From Perkinsus olseni (taxonomy: Eukaryota): DNA of 20,000 nucleotides. A program made the translations under genes and the position numbers. Shown one piece after another: positions 1-12,103 of this stretch (position 1 is its first letter; the number at the start of each line of letters is the position of its first letter). Below the pieces are notes generated by a model. It did no database searches. It saw only the letters and a list, made by a program, of their open reading frames with translations, and was not told the DNA's origin. The stretch covers positions 57,398-77,397 of the forward strand of contig JABANN010000085.1 in assembly GCA_013115125.1 (NCBI GenBank), given 5' to 3'.

Positions 1-324
1 ACCCTTTGCCGTAAATATATTAGGGCATATCATACTCAAGTTTCAGCTTCAAACACGCTAGCAAGCTAGTATCCTGACTACCGGCTTGGGTTATCTGGTG
101 CTTGCTCACGGCTCGGAAGTCGAGCGTCGTTCCCCTGACGCTCTCTCTCTTTTTTTTAACCGAGGTCTTCGAGAGGCAACTTGTGCCTGCCGGACCGCGA
201 TCGCCACTTGCAGCATCGCCTTCGGCCTCGGCACAGTTTGCCTTCGCGTTTCCCTCGCTGCCGTCGTGAGGTCCTATCGACCTTTCCGACGCTACCTTGG
301 TACCGCGCCTTGCCCCATCTCGGA

Positions 325-346
325 GACCAGACTCTGGTCACCAGAG
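325..346. other. 22-bp zig-zag footprint, exact; target GACCAGAG
   Basis: GACCAGA CTCTGGTC ACCAGAG. Confidence 0.85.
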
Positions 347-407
347 GTTTTACCGCCGCTAGCTCCAACTGGGACGAGTTCATTTCGTTTCGTAACTCGT
401 CCGTAGA

Positions 408-429
408 GCGATGATTCATCGCTGATGAA
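408..429. other. 22-bp zig-zag footprint, 1 mismatch; target GCGATGAA
   Basis: GCGATGA TTCATCGC tGATGAA. Confidence 0.7.
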
Positions 430-651
430 ACTACGTGATATGAACACGGCATTCGGATTCCTTCTCATGACACGCTACGTCAACTTCGAACGATATTTTT
501 TCGCGGAAGCAGACTTTGTTGCCTTCTTCAACCTATTCTACTTTCTCGTGATTAACGATTTATTCTCGTGAGTCATGAATAAGTCTACATGAACTCAGGC
601 TCTGCTCATGACAACGAGCAGATTCGACATCCTAGCCTACAGAATACACTC

Positions 652-699
652 GTACACACTCGTCACCACGGCTAATTGGCCGTGGTGACGAGTGTTTAC
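652..699. repeat. 48-bp near-perfect palindrome
   Basis: Perfect 17-bp arms (656-672 and 679-695) around TAATTG. Confidence 0.85.
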
Positions 700-850
700 A
701 TCCCGAACCACGGCTGTAACTGGCCGCTCTCAAGCCTCTCCTTGCGGGAAGGATGCTCTTCGAGGAGAATGATGCGAAGGCCAAGGTTCGTACCATCGAT
801 AAGAGGCCCCCCACTACGGGCAACTCGACTAACGCAAGAGACACGGTTCA

Positions 851-872
851 CTGCGTATTACGCAGTGCGTAA
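851..872. other. 22-bp zig-zag footprint, exact; target CTGCGTAA
   Basis: CTGCGTA TTACGCAG TGCGTAA. Confidence 0.85.
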
Positions 873-1759
873 CCTCGTTGGAGGGTTAGCGTAAACGGGC
901 TAAGAGACGCCAGGCTAGGCTTAATGGTAGAAGTCTTAAATTGTTATTTTGTGGTACCATCATAACAATAATTGTCTATTGACCCGTCTACCATAGCAGC
1001 ATCCACAATACAAGATGTTATCGCTAAGTTATGAGGTAATCATAGGCAGCGATAGGCTATATAGACGAGGAGGCGAAGGTGAATGAAGGAACGACTTCGT
1101 TTAAGAATCGGCTCGTCTTCAGGAGACAGATTTGATTTCCACTTTGATGGTAGATCAGGCATCCTGGCGAACGGCCAGGATGTTCGAAAGTGGTGTTAGG
1201 AAAAAGCCAGTCGAGGATATCGACACTCAGACTCTGGTGAGAGTAAGAAGATCTCCTCCGAGTTGTACATTAATCGTATTATCACTGGCAACGAACACGT
1301 GTTTAAGATCACCCGGCTTCAAAGATTTTTCCGGGCAGATACGCTTCACATACTTCAATACCGTCATTTTCAGACCGTGCATTTTCGATAAGCAAAACAG
1401 AAATTTTATCAGTTCTTCGCTATTAATTTAAGTATGAATCAAAATCGAACACCCGTAGACTCAGTACACTCACACTAATCATATATCTGTGCCACACGCG
1501 AAACGGCTGATCGATTGTAAATATCTGGGCGCGCGACGAAATTTCACTCATTTTTACCGTGCAGTTTTGTTAAGCAGTTACTCGTTTCTTCACGTTTATG
1601 GCTCGCAAAAACCTTTGACAACCGGAGAGAAAGCGCAGATAGTGAAGCTACTCTCCCAGGCTCTGTCTCAGTTACTGAGACATTACCGATAGAGACGCCA
1701 CGAAACGATCATTCGGACAGTACCAACTCGGACACTCAAACTGCCCGGCCATATGAGCT

Positions 1760-1788
1760 TGATTTTCGCGATCCGTTCGCGAAAATCA
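1760..1788. repeat. Inverted repeat with 12-bp arms and a 5-nt spacer
   Basis: TGATTTTCGCGA TCCGT TCGCGAAAATCA. Confidence 0.8.
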
Positions 1789-2462
1789 CGCAAGTTTTTG
1801 GGCCCTTAGCTCCCGAGTTCCCTTGCCGTCACGCGCCACAATAATCTTTTTTCAACGAACTTATGTTGGGTCGGTCTCGAAACTACCTCTATTTGCCCCT
1901 CACGTGTGGTGTCGCGCCAACTCCCATGAACGGACCAGTAACCTGTGTGAGGTTTGTCATCATTCGTTGAATGCATCAGCTTGTATGAGGCGCCCCTTCT
2001 ATCAAATAATGACCATAATCGTCGATGGCCTTACTGAGTTTGGCCAGCGCTTCGCTGAGCCTGGGACGCGCGTCGTCAGCCAGCCCAGACACGCAACTTG
2101 CAGGCCGCAAGCTACATCGGAGAGGGCTAGTGCGGCTACGTTTCCGCAGTATGGTGGGACATCCTGGGCTCAAGCGCCAGTCCGTCTGAAGGAAGTCGAG
2201 TGTATTCAATACTTAAGGGCTTGCAGTGCCACGCTCGCGCGTTTTGGGCCATCCAAAAAGTACGGTGATGAGCAGTAATTCTGATTGCCTAGTAATCAAT
2301 TTGTCACCTATGCCCTTACATGTGAGGCTGCATGTGCCCGGAGCTTTTTTAACCTATTCCTTACAATTCGAATATTGCTTCTCTTACGGTGTGTGTCTTC
2401 TTCTGGTTCGGTTGAGTTTCTCTCTCCTCAAGGAATATGCATTGAGTTACTGGGTGCAAAGC

Positions 2463-2672
2463 AACTGTCTCAGTTGGCACTGTACGAGTTGTAGTGGCGA
2501 GCGAAGTGTCGCTGTCCCAAGTGGTCCTGTCTGAATTGGTCCAGGTCGCCCAGCCGTTTTTGTCCGACCTGCCACTGACTCAGTTGGCAGTGTCCGAATC
2601 TGTGGTGTACGGGTTGATACCTTGTACGAGTTGACCACTGTCCGAATTGGCACTGCCTCAGTTGGGATACAC
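2463..2672. repeat. Degenerate ~15-bp tandem array (consensus ~GAGTTGGCACTGTMC)
   Basis: Units include CAGTTGGCACTGTAC, CAGTTGGCAGTGTCC and GAATTGGCACTGCCT; inverted units occur at ~1712-1742. Confidence 0.65.
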
Positions 2673-3150
2673 CCTTGCCCTTGTTGCATGTGGGGCTGGT
2701 TGTGGTTTCTGGTGACCAGAAATTCTGGAAGATACCTGCGAGTACTCACCACAGTACGAGCGTAGTCTGCAGAGACACTTCACTCTTCCGAACTCTGATC
2801 AGCTGACGACAATGAAGTTCGAAGGGAAAGATAAGATCGACGGGAATTGGCGATGATACAGCAGCCAGATGCCTCGGCGTGTGTTACGGGCTAACTGGCA
2901 AGGATATTATTTCTGAACGCTCAAGGGGCCGGCTTGATTCCTTTTATCGATTGCCACTAGCTGCTAATTGGAATACTGTCAGTACAGCGGGACGGGAATC
3001 CCATCGTTTGATGACAGATGACTCGAACCGGCAAGATGCGATTTCCGTCAATCCACTGCAGTTTGTGTTGAGTCATGATCCATCGGTACTAGACAGTTCA
3101 TTGATGCGGGTTTGGCGGCCTTCGTAGCGTGCATTCACTGGAATAGTAGT

Positions 3151-6100
3151 ATGGCTGCTGCAGAGAAGGACGACACTCGCCAGGCGGCATCCATTTATGA
3201 ACTTTGCATGAAGCTTGGCCATGAACTTGATGATGTGCGAGATCGCGCAGTGAGGGCGTTGATGACCAAGACCTCCACTGGTCTGACCAGCCCCATTACT
3301 GTTGCTCGTAAGGTCGAAGGATTCTTCTACCAGACCTGACGCTCATCTCTCAGGAGTCGTAGAGTTCCCACAGCTGGCTCTACACTGGTTGAACGATCGC
3401 CACAGGACAGCCCACACAGACCTTGTTAAGTCCTTCATCAAATTCTACACGTCAGTCGTGGCCACTTGTGTGGCTGAGAATGCCCATCTAAGAGAGAGGT
3501 AAGGACTTCACGCGTCGTTTGGCTGGGAACTGTGGCCCCGGCGTGCGACCCCACGTATCCATTACCCGGGAGGAGCGCCTCAATAGGTTCATCTCTAGCG
3601 GAGCGATAGATTTTTTCGAGGATTTCCGCGGCTTTGAAGCCCGGTGAGTATCGTCCTTCCGTGGTTGCCTCTGATCATTCATGGGAAGCAGATACGCTGA
3701 GGAGATTGACGCTGCCTTGTCGTGTCTTCTGAGCCAAACGGGTCCATCGTCCTCGGTCGTCCAGCGGCCACCAAAGACTCCCCGACCGCCTCCCGGCCAC
3801 GCTGCTGTGGAGGCCGAGGCCGCCAAGACTCGACCGAGTTGGATCGAACTGGTTGCCGTCTCTAGTGCCGGTCAGTTCTTCAAGGACTCCTAGACTCCCG
3901 GCCTAGTGAGCATCGCTGATGATCAGATGAGAGGCGTCTTTTTGAAGCGTCGTGTAGAATAAAGTATTCGAGTGTTGGGCGGAGCAAGCGTGTAGCTGCT
4001 CTCAACGAGGTGAACTCACTGGTCCCCGCGTACAGAAGAACTCGGGCTAGGTCCGATACCTGATGGTTTATGATTATCCTGCGGAGGTGTTCTTCAGCAA
4101 GCATGGTGTGCTCATTTGCGAGGCCCTGGTGGCAGCACTGGCGGACAACATCGAACAGCCAGAGGTGAGGTCTGCGGGAAATGGGTCGTCGAATCGGTAT
4201 TGAGGGTCAGGACGCGAGGACCGAGGACCCAACGTGCAAGCTAGTGTCTGAAGCGCTCCACGCGGTTCTCCTGGGGCTCGAGAAAAAACTGAAACTAAAC
4301 GAAAAGTACGGCGGGCCTCGAGCGATTCGAGAAATCTCCCATCCTTCAGGCTGTCCGTGGAGCCTTGTATCCCGACGATTCATCTCATACTAGTAGCAGT
4401 CGTCAGCGCCATAGTGCACAGCTCCTCGGCGGCCGTCATGAGCGCCCTGCAACGGTCAGCTAACACGGCTATCGAGATCCTGCAGCGTGGCGAGAAGGGA
4501 GCCAGAATGTAGGCCGATACTCTAGGGAAGCCTCTGCGGCTCGGAGTCGCCGGGCCCTATGGCGGCCAGGAGGAAGAGAGCTTTGTGTAGGCGATGCTTC
4601 TTCGACCTCGGCCTTGCTCGGGAGGAGATAATCAAGTACTTGGATCTCGTTGCCGACGCTCTGGCCCGATACTTCTGCCCGTCGGAGTACTATGAGGTAT
4701 GCCAGAGGCAGTCGGGGTGGTCGGAGTCATCATCGCTCAGGCATCAGCAGTGCTGAGCTTGGTGAGGGCATGGACGCCGACGAGGCTGGCTGTCTTCGAC
4801 TTGTGCTCGGAGTTGCTGGTCATGTCGAGAGATGTCTTTGTGCAGAGGAAGAGAAACGAGAAGCTTGTGGGGCATCTCAGAAGCTGGTCTCTGGTGAGTT
4901 TTCGAGGGGGGGCTCCTTCAGCTGCGTAGCCGTAGAGTCATCGCGGTCTCCCCCATCCAGTCTTCACTTTTCCAATAATTGCAGCAGCGGTCAGAATGTG
5001 AAGAGGGGCCTAGAGATTCCTGCCACCACATCGCGCCGCTCACTATCGATTATAAGTGTCTTCATCCTGCACTCGAAGCGGATAAAGAAATTATCAAGTT
5101 GCTATCATGCGCGGAACATCGGGTGGTGTGTGACAATACTTCATGTCAATCCTTGGGCTATGCTCGTATCCTTGCACGCTCGAAGTGTCTCTCGTTTCCA
5201 GGACCCTCAACTCTACCATCATCGGCCGGAATTGGTGGAAGAGTTGGTCGCCTCAGTGCTGCAGTCCGTCTCAATAGAAGCCTATCGGGACTTCCGCGCT
5301 CTCCACGCCTCCGAGGGGCAAGAACAACCTGAGGAGCTATCAGAGGCCGCCAAGGCTGCTCGCCAATTAAGCGCGATGGGCTTCGAAGACGAGGAGTACC
5401 ACTGGAGCGGCGACTCTTATGCAGCAGTAGAGTTGCGCTATGCAACGACCGACATCCCCGAGGCCCACCGCGTGGCTTATGAGAGGAAATTGGACGTCCT
5501 TCTGTCGTCCAGACCGCCACTTGAGGTCGCCGCCGCTTCTTCGAGGACAGCGGAGATGATCTTCGGCCAGTATCGCACGACGCTTCGTCATGCCTTCACC
5601 GTGGGTAGACCTAGGCTGCGTGACAAAGTGACTGAAGCCATGCAGTGTATCATCACCGCCATGGACTCGCGGAGGCAGCTGTCTTTGGTGCCGGAAGAGT
5701 TCCTCCTAGACTTGGTTACTCTGGCCTGTAACGGAGTAAAGCAGAAGTCCTTCAGACCGTCCTTGTGGTTGCCGTTCATTCTCCTCCTCCTGCAATCCGA
5801 CGGTCTGCGTGAGATTACTCTGCACTCGGTCAGGCTGCTGTGCACTATGGTGATTCATCTGGGTCCGAATGTCGTCAGCACCGATGTCCTGCAGCTCGGA
5901 ATCGTCCCCTATGTTATTCGCCCGATGGCTAACTGTGGGACGGCCTGCCACTTCATGGTCACCGGCTCACTGTGGCTCCTGTATGCTACGTCAATCGACA
6001 CTAAGGAGCTCAGGAACACTCTGATGCCGCTGACTCATGCAGGGAACACGGTCCTCACCCGTCGACTGGCTTGGCGGGCCCTTGCCGAGCACTTCTCGGA

Positions 6101-9100
6101 GGACCTCGAGGAGAGAGCTGTGGACTGTGCGTTGAGTGAGGAGTGCGAAGTGGAAGTTAGACTCGAGTGCTTGCGCATCATGGAGACCAACATGAGTCGT
6201 TCCATCGCCGCCAAAGTCGTCCAAAAGCTCCCTTCCCTCATGGGTGTTGAGCAGCTGCCGCAGCTTCCCGATGACGCAATGCGGGAAGCGGTCGTGAGCG
6301 TGATGGGAGCGATAGAGGACGAGGAATCGTTGAAGGCTCTGGCCCGGGAGCTCACCAAGATGAATCTTTGGAGTGCGGTGATCGACTCGGGAAGGTAGGC
6401 TATCTTGGTTCCAGCAAGGCTGGCTCGTAATTCCTTCCTGTCAGTCCATCTGGTGTTTGGAGCCTAGTCTCGCGATGCATGGACCTCGACTCAGAGCTGT
6501 TGCCCTACCTCAGTATGCATACCACCCTTTTCGATGCCTCCCGAGCCATGCCACTGTGTGGCCCTATGCTCCAAGTAAGACGACCGGCACGACGGCGCTT
6601 CCGATTTATGGCCGTTGGAATCTCCGGCTGTTGTTGATTCCGTTGGCTTTTCTGAGCTCTAGTACTTTCAACACTTTGTCACCACTTTCGTGTTACATTT
6701 CCCATCTCAATTCGTGGCAAGTTAGGGACTGCGTGACTTTCCTGCGGATCTGAACCTGAACTAAGAATACAATTACCCGGGTACTCAGCACTATTTTTGC
6801 CGTCTCTCCCCGTGTGTGTGAGGCATATACTCCCTGCGCGTTTGGGCTCGCGAGCCATCAGTACTGTTACCCCTGCTGGGCATTGATGTAGGTACTACGC
6901 AGCCTGCGAGCCCAGCTTGGCGCACGCCGTAGCGCTCAAGCCCTGAGGCCGGCAGTACTGTGGATGAGTCACCAAGGAGAGCGCATGGCTGGATGGGTCA
7001 GAGAGTGGTGGGTCGGGAGAGCAGTCTTAATCGGAGACACAACCCTCCATTGCTAATAGCAATGGAGGGTTGTGTCTCCGATTAAGAAGCAATTAGCAAT
7101 TTGCTATAGTATCAGCAGACTTGGCGGGAGTTTCTCCCGCGATCTTTCATCAGCCGGACCCCAACATTTGAATCAGGCCGAGGTCCCCGTGCCCTGCTCC
7201 TTCGCGCGTGTTGTTCGAGGGTGTTCGGAGATGGAAGCGTGACACTGCTCGTGCAGGGCAAGACAGACGATGTGTTTTAGGGTCACACCCTGTTTGGTGG
7301 ACAGGAGCTGCGGTACACCATCACAGCTCCCGTGGAAGGCCTCATTGGCTTTGGCATCGATAAGCTGTATTGGAGACAGCATAAACTTGTAAGTTACTAG
7401 GATCGACCTTAGGTGCTCATCATGGCTGGGCTGACAGTAGAGTACTGGATGGATCCTCAGTTTCCTCGGAACGTGAGTTAAGCTCGGTCTCGATCACCTA
7501 CCGGCTTCTCAGGTTCCAAACGGCAACAGGGGAGAAGATACATCACGTGGAGAAGCTCAACGCTGGTGGCTTCGTCGAGCCAGTGACCGAGGTCTGGCCC
7601 TGCGCGGTTTTTGCCGTTCATCCATAAAGTCAGTTGCTGCCATGCTTCCGGCCCGAGCACATCTCCACTGCCACCTGTGACGTCGCCATTGCTCTGCAAT
7701 CCCTGCTATCCAGCCCCGCGATGATGGTACCCTGGGGGGCTCTCTCGACGCCGGTGGTACGTCCTGTGGCCGCTTCAGGACCCCGCTGCAGCCAACGCTG
7801 TTCTCGGTCGCATAGCGAAGGCCTTGTCCGAGTCAATAACTGGTTTACAGATGGGCACTCCTCGGAGTGCCTCAACCCCCAGGGAGAGGTCCTGTGAGGC
7901 GCATCGCTTCGTTGCAACTCTGACACAGCTGCTTGGACGGGTCGCCACGGTGAGACGATCGCTTCTCTGCTCTGCGAGCCGCCCTTTGTGACGGCGATGC
8001 GTTTCATCATGATCTGGACGGCGTTAGCGCAGCAGCCCGGTCTGTCAGTTACACCCTGTCCTGAGTCTCGAGGCGGAAGCATCACCGTTCGTGAGAGCTT
8101 TCAAGATAGTGTGGTCCGCGTCCACGTCTTCGCGGAGAAGTCCAGGGGAGCTGGCCAGCGATGAGCTCACGGCCGTCCTTCTCGACTCACTCAGTACGCA
8201 ATCACTATACCATGTCGCTTGTGCCCACGATGAGCGTCCCACGCTGCATGGCTTCAACCCTTTTTCAGGCATCGTAAATTTTTCGTCTTTTTCGTAATTT
8301 TTGCAATGTTTTTCTAAGCATCCCGTGATCGATATTTCTTGCTTTGGCCAGTTACTCTAATAGACGACAATAAAACTGTCGCGGCCATTCCGGACCACTT
8401 AGCGAGAACCGGAGTGCTGTCGCTGGTGCTCTCCCTGGCCACTCGCCCTGAGATACCGGTCGCCCTGCTGGCGCGTTGCTGTGATGTCATCACACTGGCG
8501 AAGAGGCGAGCTCATTTCATCTGTTGAACGAAGCTGATGATCGGTCTCAGCTCCCTGATTAACCGCAGCGTGCTGGGGAAGGTCGTGAGTGCGGTCGTCG
8601 ATGCTCACGTGAATTCAACAGTCATCCTACGATCGGCAGCGAGCGAAGCCGCAACCGCTGCTATCACTAGGGCTACGGTGGTGTTCGAACTTGTCACAGG
8701 TCAGCATAGCGGTGGGCACTGACGTCGCTGTGGCCTGGGGACTCAAGTCCCTTTCCTGGTCTGGGCCCTGCCCATGCCCACTTTTCCAGATCTGGCACAG
8801 TGCCAACAGACAGCAGCCAAGGTGGGTCCTCGGCTGGTCGAGGACGGCTGGATAGAAATGCTCAAGCCAATACCGAGTGGCCGGCAACCAATCACACCAA
8901 CCCTGCAGGCCGCCATAGGGCGGATGGTTCTCGCCCTCTGTGAGTAAATAGTCTCCTCGTCCATCGTCAGCTGTAAGCAGGTCTGAGCCCGTGCCCGGCA
9001 CCCCGCAGGAACCTCATTGTTTCGGAGTCCGCCGTTGAGACCCTGTGGCGGCGAGCCGTGGAGAATGAGGATGCTGACGCTTTCATGGCAATGGCGGTGA

Positions 9101-9454
9101 TCTCATGTCATACGTCGAAGATGGCAGGTGGGCTGTCGGCTGAGAATTGGCGGTTGATTTTGATGTTTCACCCAGGTCTGATGGGTAGCCTGGTGAAGAC
9201 TAAGAGTGACTGTGCTGATATGACTACAGCTTGTCACGGCAATCTCATGCATGTGATATGTTTGCACTTCCGAGAGGACTCCGATTTCCGACCATATCGG
9301 GTATAGCCTCTCAAGGGATCTTGCTTTTGAGTTCAATACTGGGTGGTCGTTGGAAGTCGGAACCAAAAACCCGCTGATGAAGAAGGCTTTCGTGCAAAAT
9401 GGAACCGAGCCAGTTGGAAGTACCGAAGAAATCAGAAGTGATCTTAAGCCCTGA
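3151..9454 (+). CDS. RTTN: Multi-exon rotatin-like (Ana3/RTTN) centriole/basal-body ARM-repeat protein; the 3' end and internal exon boundaries are approximate
   Basis: The spliced N-terminus reads MAAAEKDD...KLGHELDDVRDRAVRALMTK...LALHWLN...FISSGAIDFFEDFRGFEARYAEEIDAALSCL. From memory this parallels the rotatin N-terminus ([20 protein letters not shown]...LLEWFN...GAVEFLSKLR...QAEIDGILDGL). The first intron is 3308-3353 (GTAAGG...CTCAG). There are many further short GT-AG introns and a long helical exon at ~5200-6395. Continuity from 6400 to the TGA at 9452-9454 is inferred. Confidence 0.75.
7025..7107. repeat. 63-bp perfect palindrome (31-bp arms, 1-nt spacer) plus an adjacent small palindrome; extended footprint at target ATTGCTAT
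   Basis: 7025-7055 is the exact reverse complement of 7057-7087, followed by filler AGCAAT and then TAGCAA-T-TTGCTAT (7094-7107). Confidence 0.85.
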
Positions 9455-10021
9455 TAACAAATCCTGATCTTAATCCTGAAAACGATGAACCGGAAAAAAT
9501 CGCTCATGAGGCCTGTGGACAGTGGATACACAAGCGCGCGCCTGGAAGGTCCCTGACGGTCGCGGCGCGACCCGTGAAGTGGCACGATGATATGACTGAC
9601 CCACACTAGAGATGTGACGTAATGGTCAGGGCTTATGTTTCGTAGGCGGGAGGTCGCGAGATCAATCTAGCGGCAACCATTTTTTCGGTTTGTCGGATGA
9701 CTCATGCAGCTTGAGGAGTTCGAGTACTACCCGCGAGCCGATAATGTCCAGGCAGACACCAAGTGCACTGGGGCGAGCCGCAGTCTTCACTACGGGAGAA
9801 AAAAATTAACTACAGTACGGTTCAACAAACGAATTATACGTGAGTTGTCGACAACAAGTCCTGTGACTTTCCTATGAGAATTTGCTATGGCACCTGGAAT
9901 TTTGATACTTTTTGCCACCTCGTCACTTCCTCAGACATTTTTTCCTTTGCCGGAACACCATACTGCGGTCACTCCGTTACAAGAGGGGCGCCGTCCACAA
10001 ATAATCAGTAGAACTATTCAC

Positions 10022-10043
10022 TTGGGGAATCCCGAATGGGGAT
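10022..10043. other. 22-bp zig-zag footprint, 1 mismatch; target TTGGGGAT
   Basis: TTGGGGA ATCCCgAA TGGGGAT. Confidence 0.75.
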
Positions 10044-10427
10044 CGCGACTGACTCACTGTGCCAGACACAGTAATTGGTACTTATTCAGTACCCAAGTAC
10101 CTCAGTATTCAGTACCTCAGCGGAGTGTAGTTGAGTTTGAAAACCATAACTCGCTCAGTTCGGTCTCATGAGTGTGCGTGGAAGTCCTTATCCGGTACAG
10201 GGATCTCAATCGCAAAGGCACCTAGCAGTCCATATACTCTGTAACGAAATTTGATGTGGATTGACTGAAGCCATCAAACAAAAATTGTCCGACAGACAGT
10301 CTCCAGCGAAAGAGAATGAGCTCGAATCCCAGAACAGTGGCCCAAACCGCCGACAGCGCTCGGGCGAAAAATATCCAACTGTCAATAGGCTATCATACGA
10401 TATCTCACATGCCGCGATAGGGGCTGG

Positions 10428-11219
10428 TCAGACCTTAGTGAGTGGTAGGCGAACTCCTTCAAACGCCACGTAGATCGTCTTTTCAGTGGCGACGACCACT
10501 TCCTCGAAGTCTCCGGGCTTCTGATGTTTCCATGGGCAGACTTGCCTTACTTGGTTGAGAAATCCTTCCCAAGAGGGTCCCTCCCAAACGGGTTCTACGA
10601 CATGGCGGCGATATAGAAAGCCAGTCTCACGGCCAGCAAGCTTGTGGGGAAAGCGGGCAGTCCTAATCCTTTTACACTCGACTTGTAGACCAGCCGTTCC
10701 ATCACGATATATTTTGTAGATCATCCTCATGTGGGGGGACACAGGCTCCTCGTAAACGTATTCGCCCGGCGACAAATCGCCTCCCACTCGTAGAAAGCGG
10801 GCGTGCTCGCCACGTAGATCGACGGAGAACGCATCACCGGTCAGGTAGGTCAGAGTAGTCAGATCGGCAGGGTAGAAGCGGTCTGGAACGAAGAGTACGG
10901 TTTCAACAATAAAACCGTAGATGGACTGATGCCAGTCAGCACTCGTTATCCCGGAATTCTCGAAGTCGATGGTGTAGGTGAAGCCCTCATCTTTGCGTAG
11001 GGGGTAAGACCCAAAGCTGCGAACAGCAACCCCCGGTATGGCGTCTATAACATACAGGGGTTTAATGACTTCGACCGTCAACGTAACTTCTTTTTTCTCG
11101 TTCACATCGTAATACATCTTGAAGTAAGACCCCTTGTAAGCGAACCTGCCAACATCTTGGGCCGTGCTAATGACCAGGACTTGCGCCAACAGGAGCCAAG
11201 CAGAGACGGAGTTCATCAT
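10428..11219 (-). CDS. Intronless predicted secreted/surface protein (~263 aa) with two internal homologous halves; lineage-specific family, function unknown
   Basis: Open frame whose likely start is MMNSVSAWLLLAQVLVISTAQ (signal-peptide-like). The two halves resemble each other (GRFAY.../PGEYVY..., DLTTLTY/DFEEVVV). A clear paralog lies at 14077-14847. Confidence 0.75.
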   Translation of the reverse strand: MMNSVSAWLLLAQVLVISTAQDVGRFAYKGSYFKMYYDVNEKKEVTLTVEVIKPLYVIDAIPGVAVRSFGSYPLRKDEGFTYTIDFENSGITSADWHQSIYGFIVETVLFVPDRFYPADLTTLTYLTGDAFSVDLRGEHARFLRVGGDLSPGEYVYEEPVSPHMRMIYKIYRDGTAGLQVECKRIRTARFPHKLAGRETGFLYRRHVVEPVWEGPSWEGFLNQVRQVCPWKHQKPGDFEEVVVATEKTIYVAFEGVRLPLTKV

Positions 11220-12081
11220 TAGGGACGGGGATGTCGTGCCCCGGAGAAAACTGTAGGAGCAGAAATCTCTCATCGAGAAGGAGCCAAAGGTTTGGCCAGT
11301 ATTGAGATTTGACGATGCAGTGTCGATGACGAACAAAGATTCCCAAGACCATGAACGTCGAATGAACCCACTGAATGAAGCCACCCCAGTTGAATACATA
11401 GTGATCAAAGTGCACTGTAACTCAGTTCACTGGTTATTTGAGACGGGGCTCAAAGAAAGGCGAAGTCGGGCTCGAGGGGAGTTCGGAAAGAACTGATCCA
11501 TCTCCCTGTGGATTTAGAGTGAACGTAGGTTTAATACCATGACGGGGAACGCACGTGTTTGCTGGGACGAACGTACATAACATGAGCAAAGACGCACAAA
11601 GAGCAAGATGGTGTTGTGCCATTCGGGTGTATCGGGTGGCATAGGACGCGACACACAGGAAAGGGTGTGCTAAGCCATCATGGTCTAGCCTTGTTAAGCC
11701 ATGTATTTTATGGTGGAAGTTCCTAGTCTCGAGCACAGCGGAACGAAGCGCATCAGATAGGAACGCAGTAGCAGTGGAGGTAGTTGTCACTATAGTGCAG
11801 AAGCTATGAGGTTGACGTCACATCACCACGCGGCAGACCTGGAACTCGCGATGGCGACGGCTATGGCGAGGGATGATCCTTATGAAAGCTTCCACGACAA
11901 CTTCTATAGACAAGCAGCAGGTGCAATCAAGTCTCAAGGTCAATGGCCAACTACTAGGCCTTGCGTGGTACTCGTAGAGCTTTCTGCATTTCATACGCTA
12001 GGTGCACGAACGCGAGATTTCCACGGCTCGACCCGAGTTGAGCGTGTCAGCAATTTCAGGCGAGCGCATTAACCGTCAAGC

Positions 12082-12103
12082 TGTGGAACTTCCACAGTGG
12101 ATG
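12082..12103. other. 22-bp zig-zag footprint, 1 mismatch; target TGTGGAAG
   Basis: TGTGGAA CTTCCACA GTGGAtG. Confidence 0.75.

Noticed and set aside
86-2278. Several 60-150 aa ORFs
   Set aside because: No recognisable motifs, and the region contains scars, consistent with non-coding or decayed DNA.
2463-2672. CRISPR-like array
   Set aside because: The units are degenerate and adjacent, with no unique spacers and no cas genes, in a eukaryotic context.
4650-5200. N-terminal part of the 582-aa ORF as a real protein start
   Set aside because: It runs through introns and alternative frames of the multi-exon rotatin gene; only the distal part looks like a true exon.
11220-11408. 63-aa N-terminal extension of the 326-aa ORF
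   Set aside because: The signal-peptide-like sequence and the paralog alignment both begin at the Met at 11219/11216.
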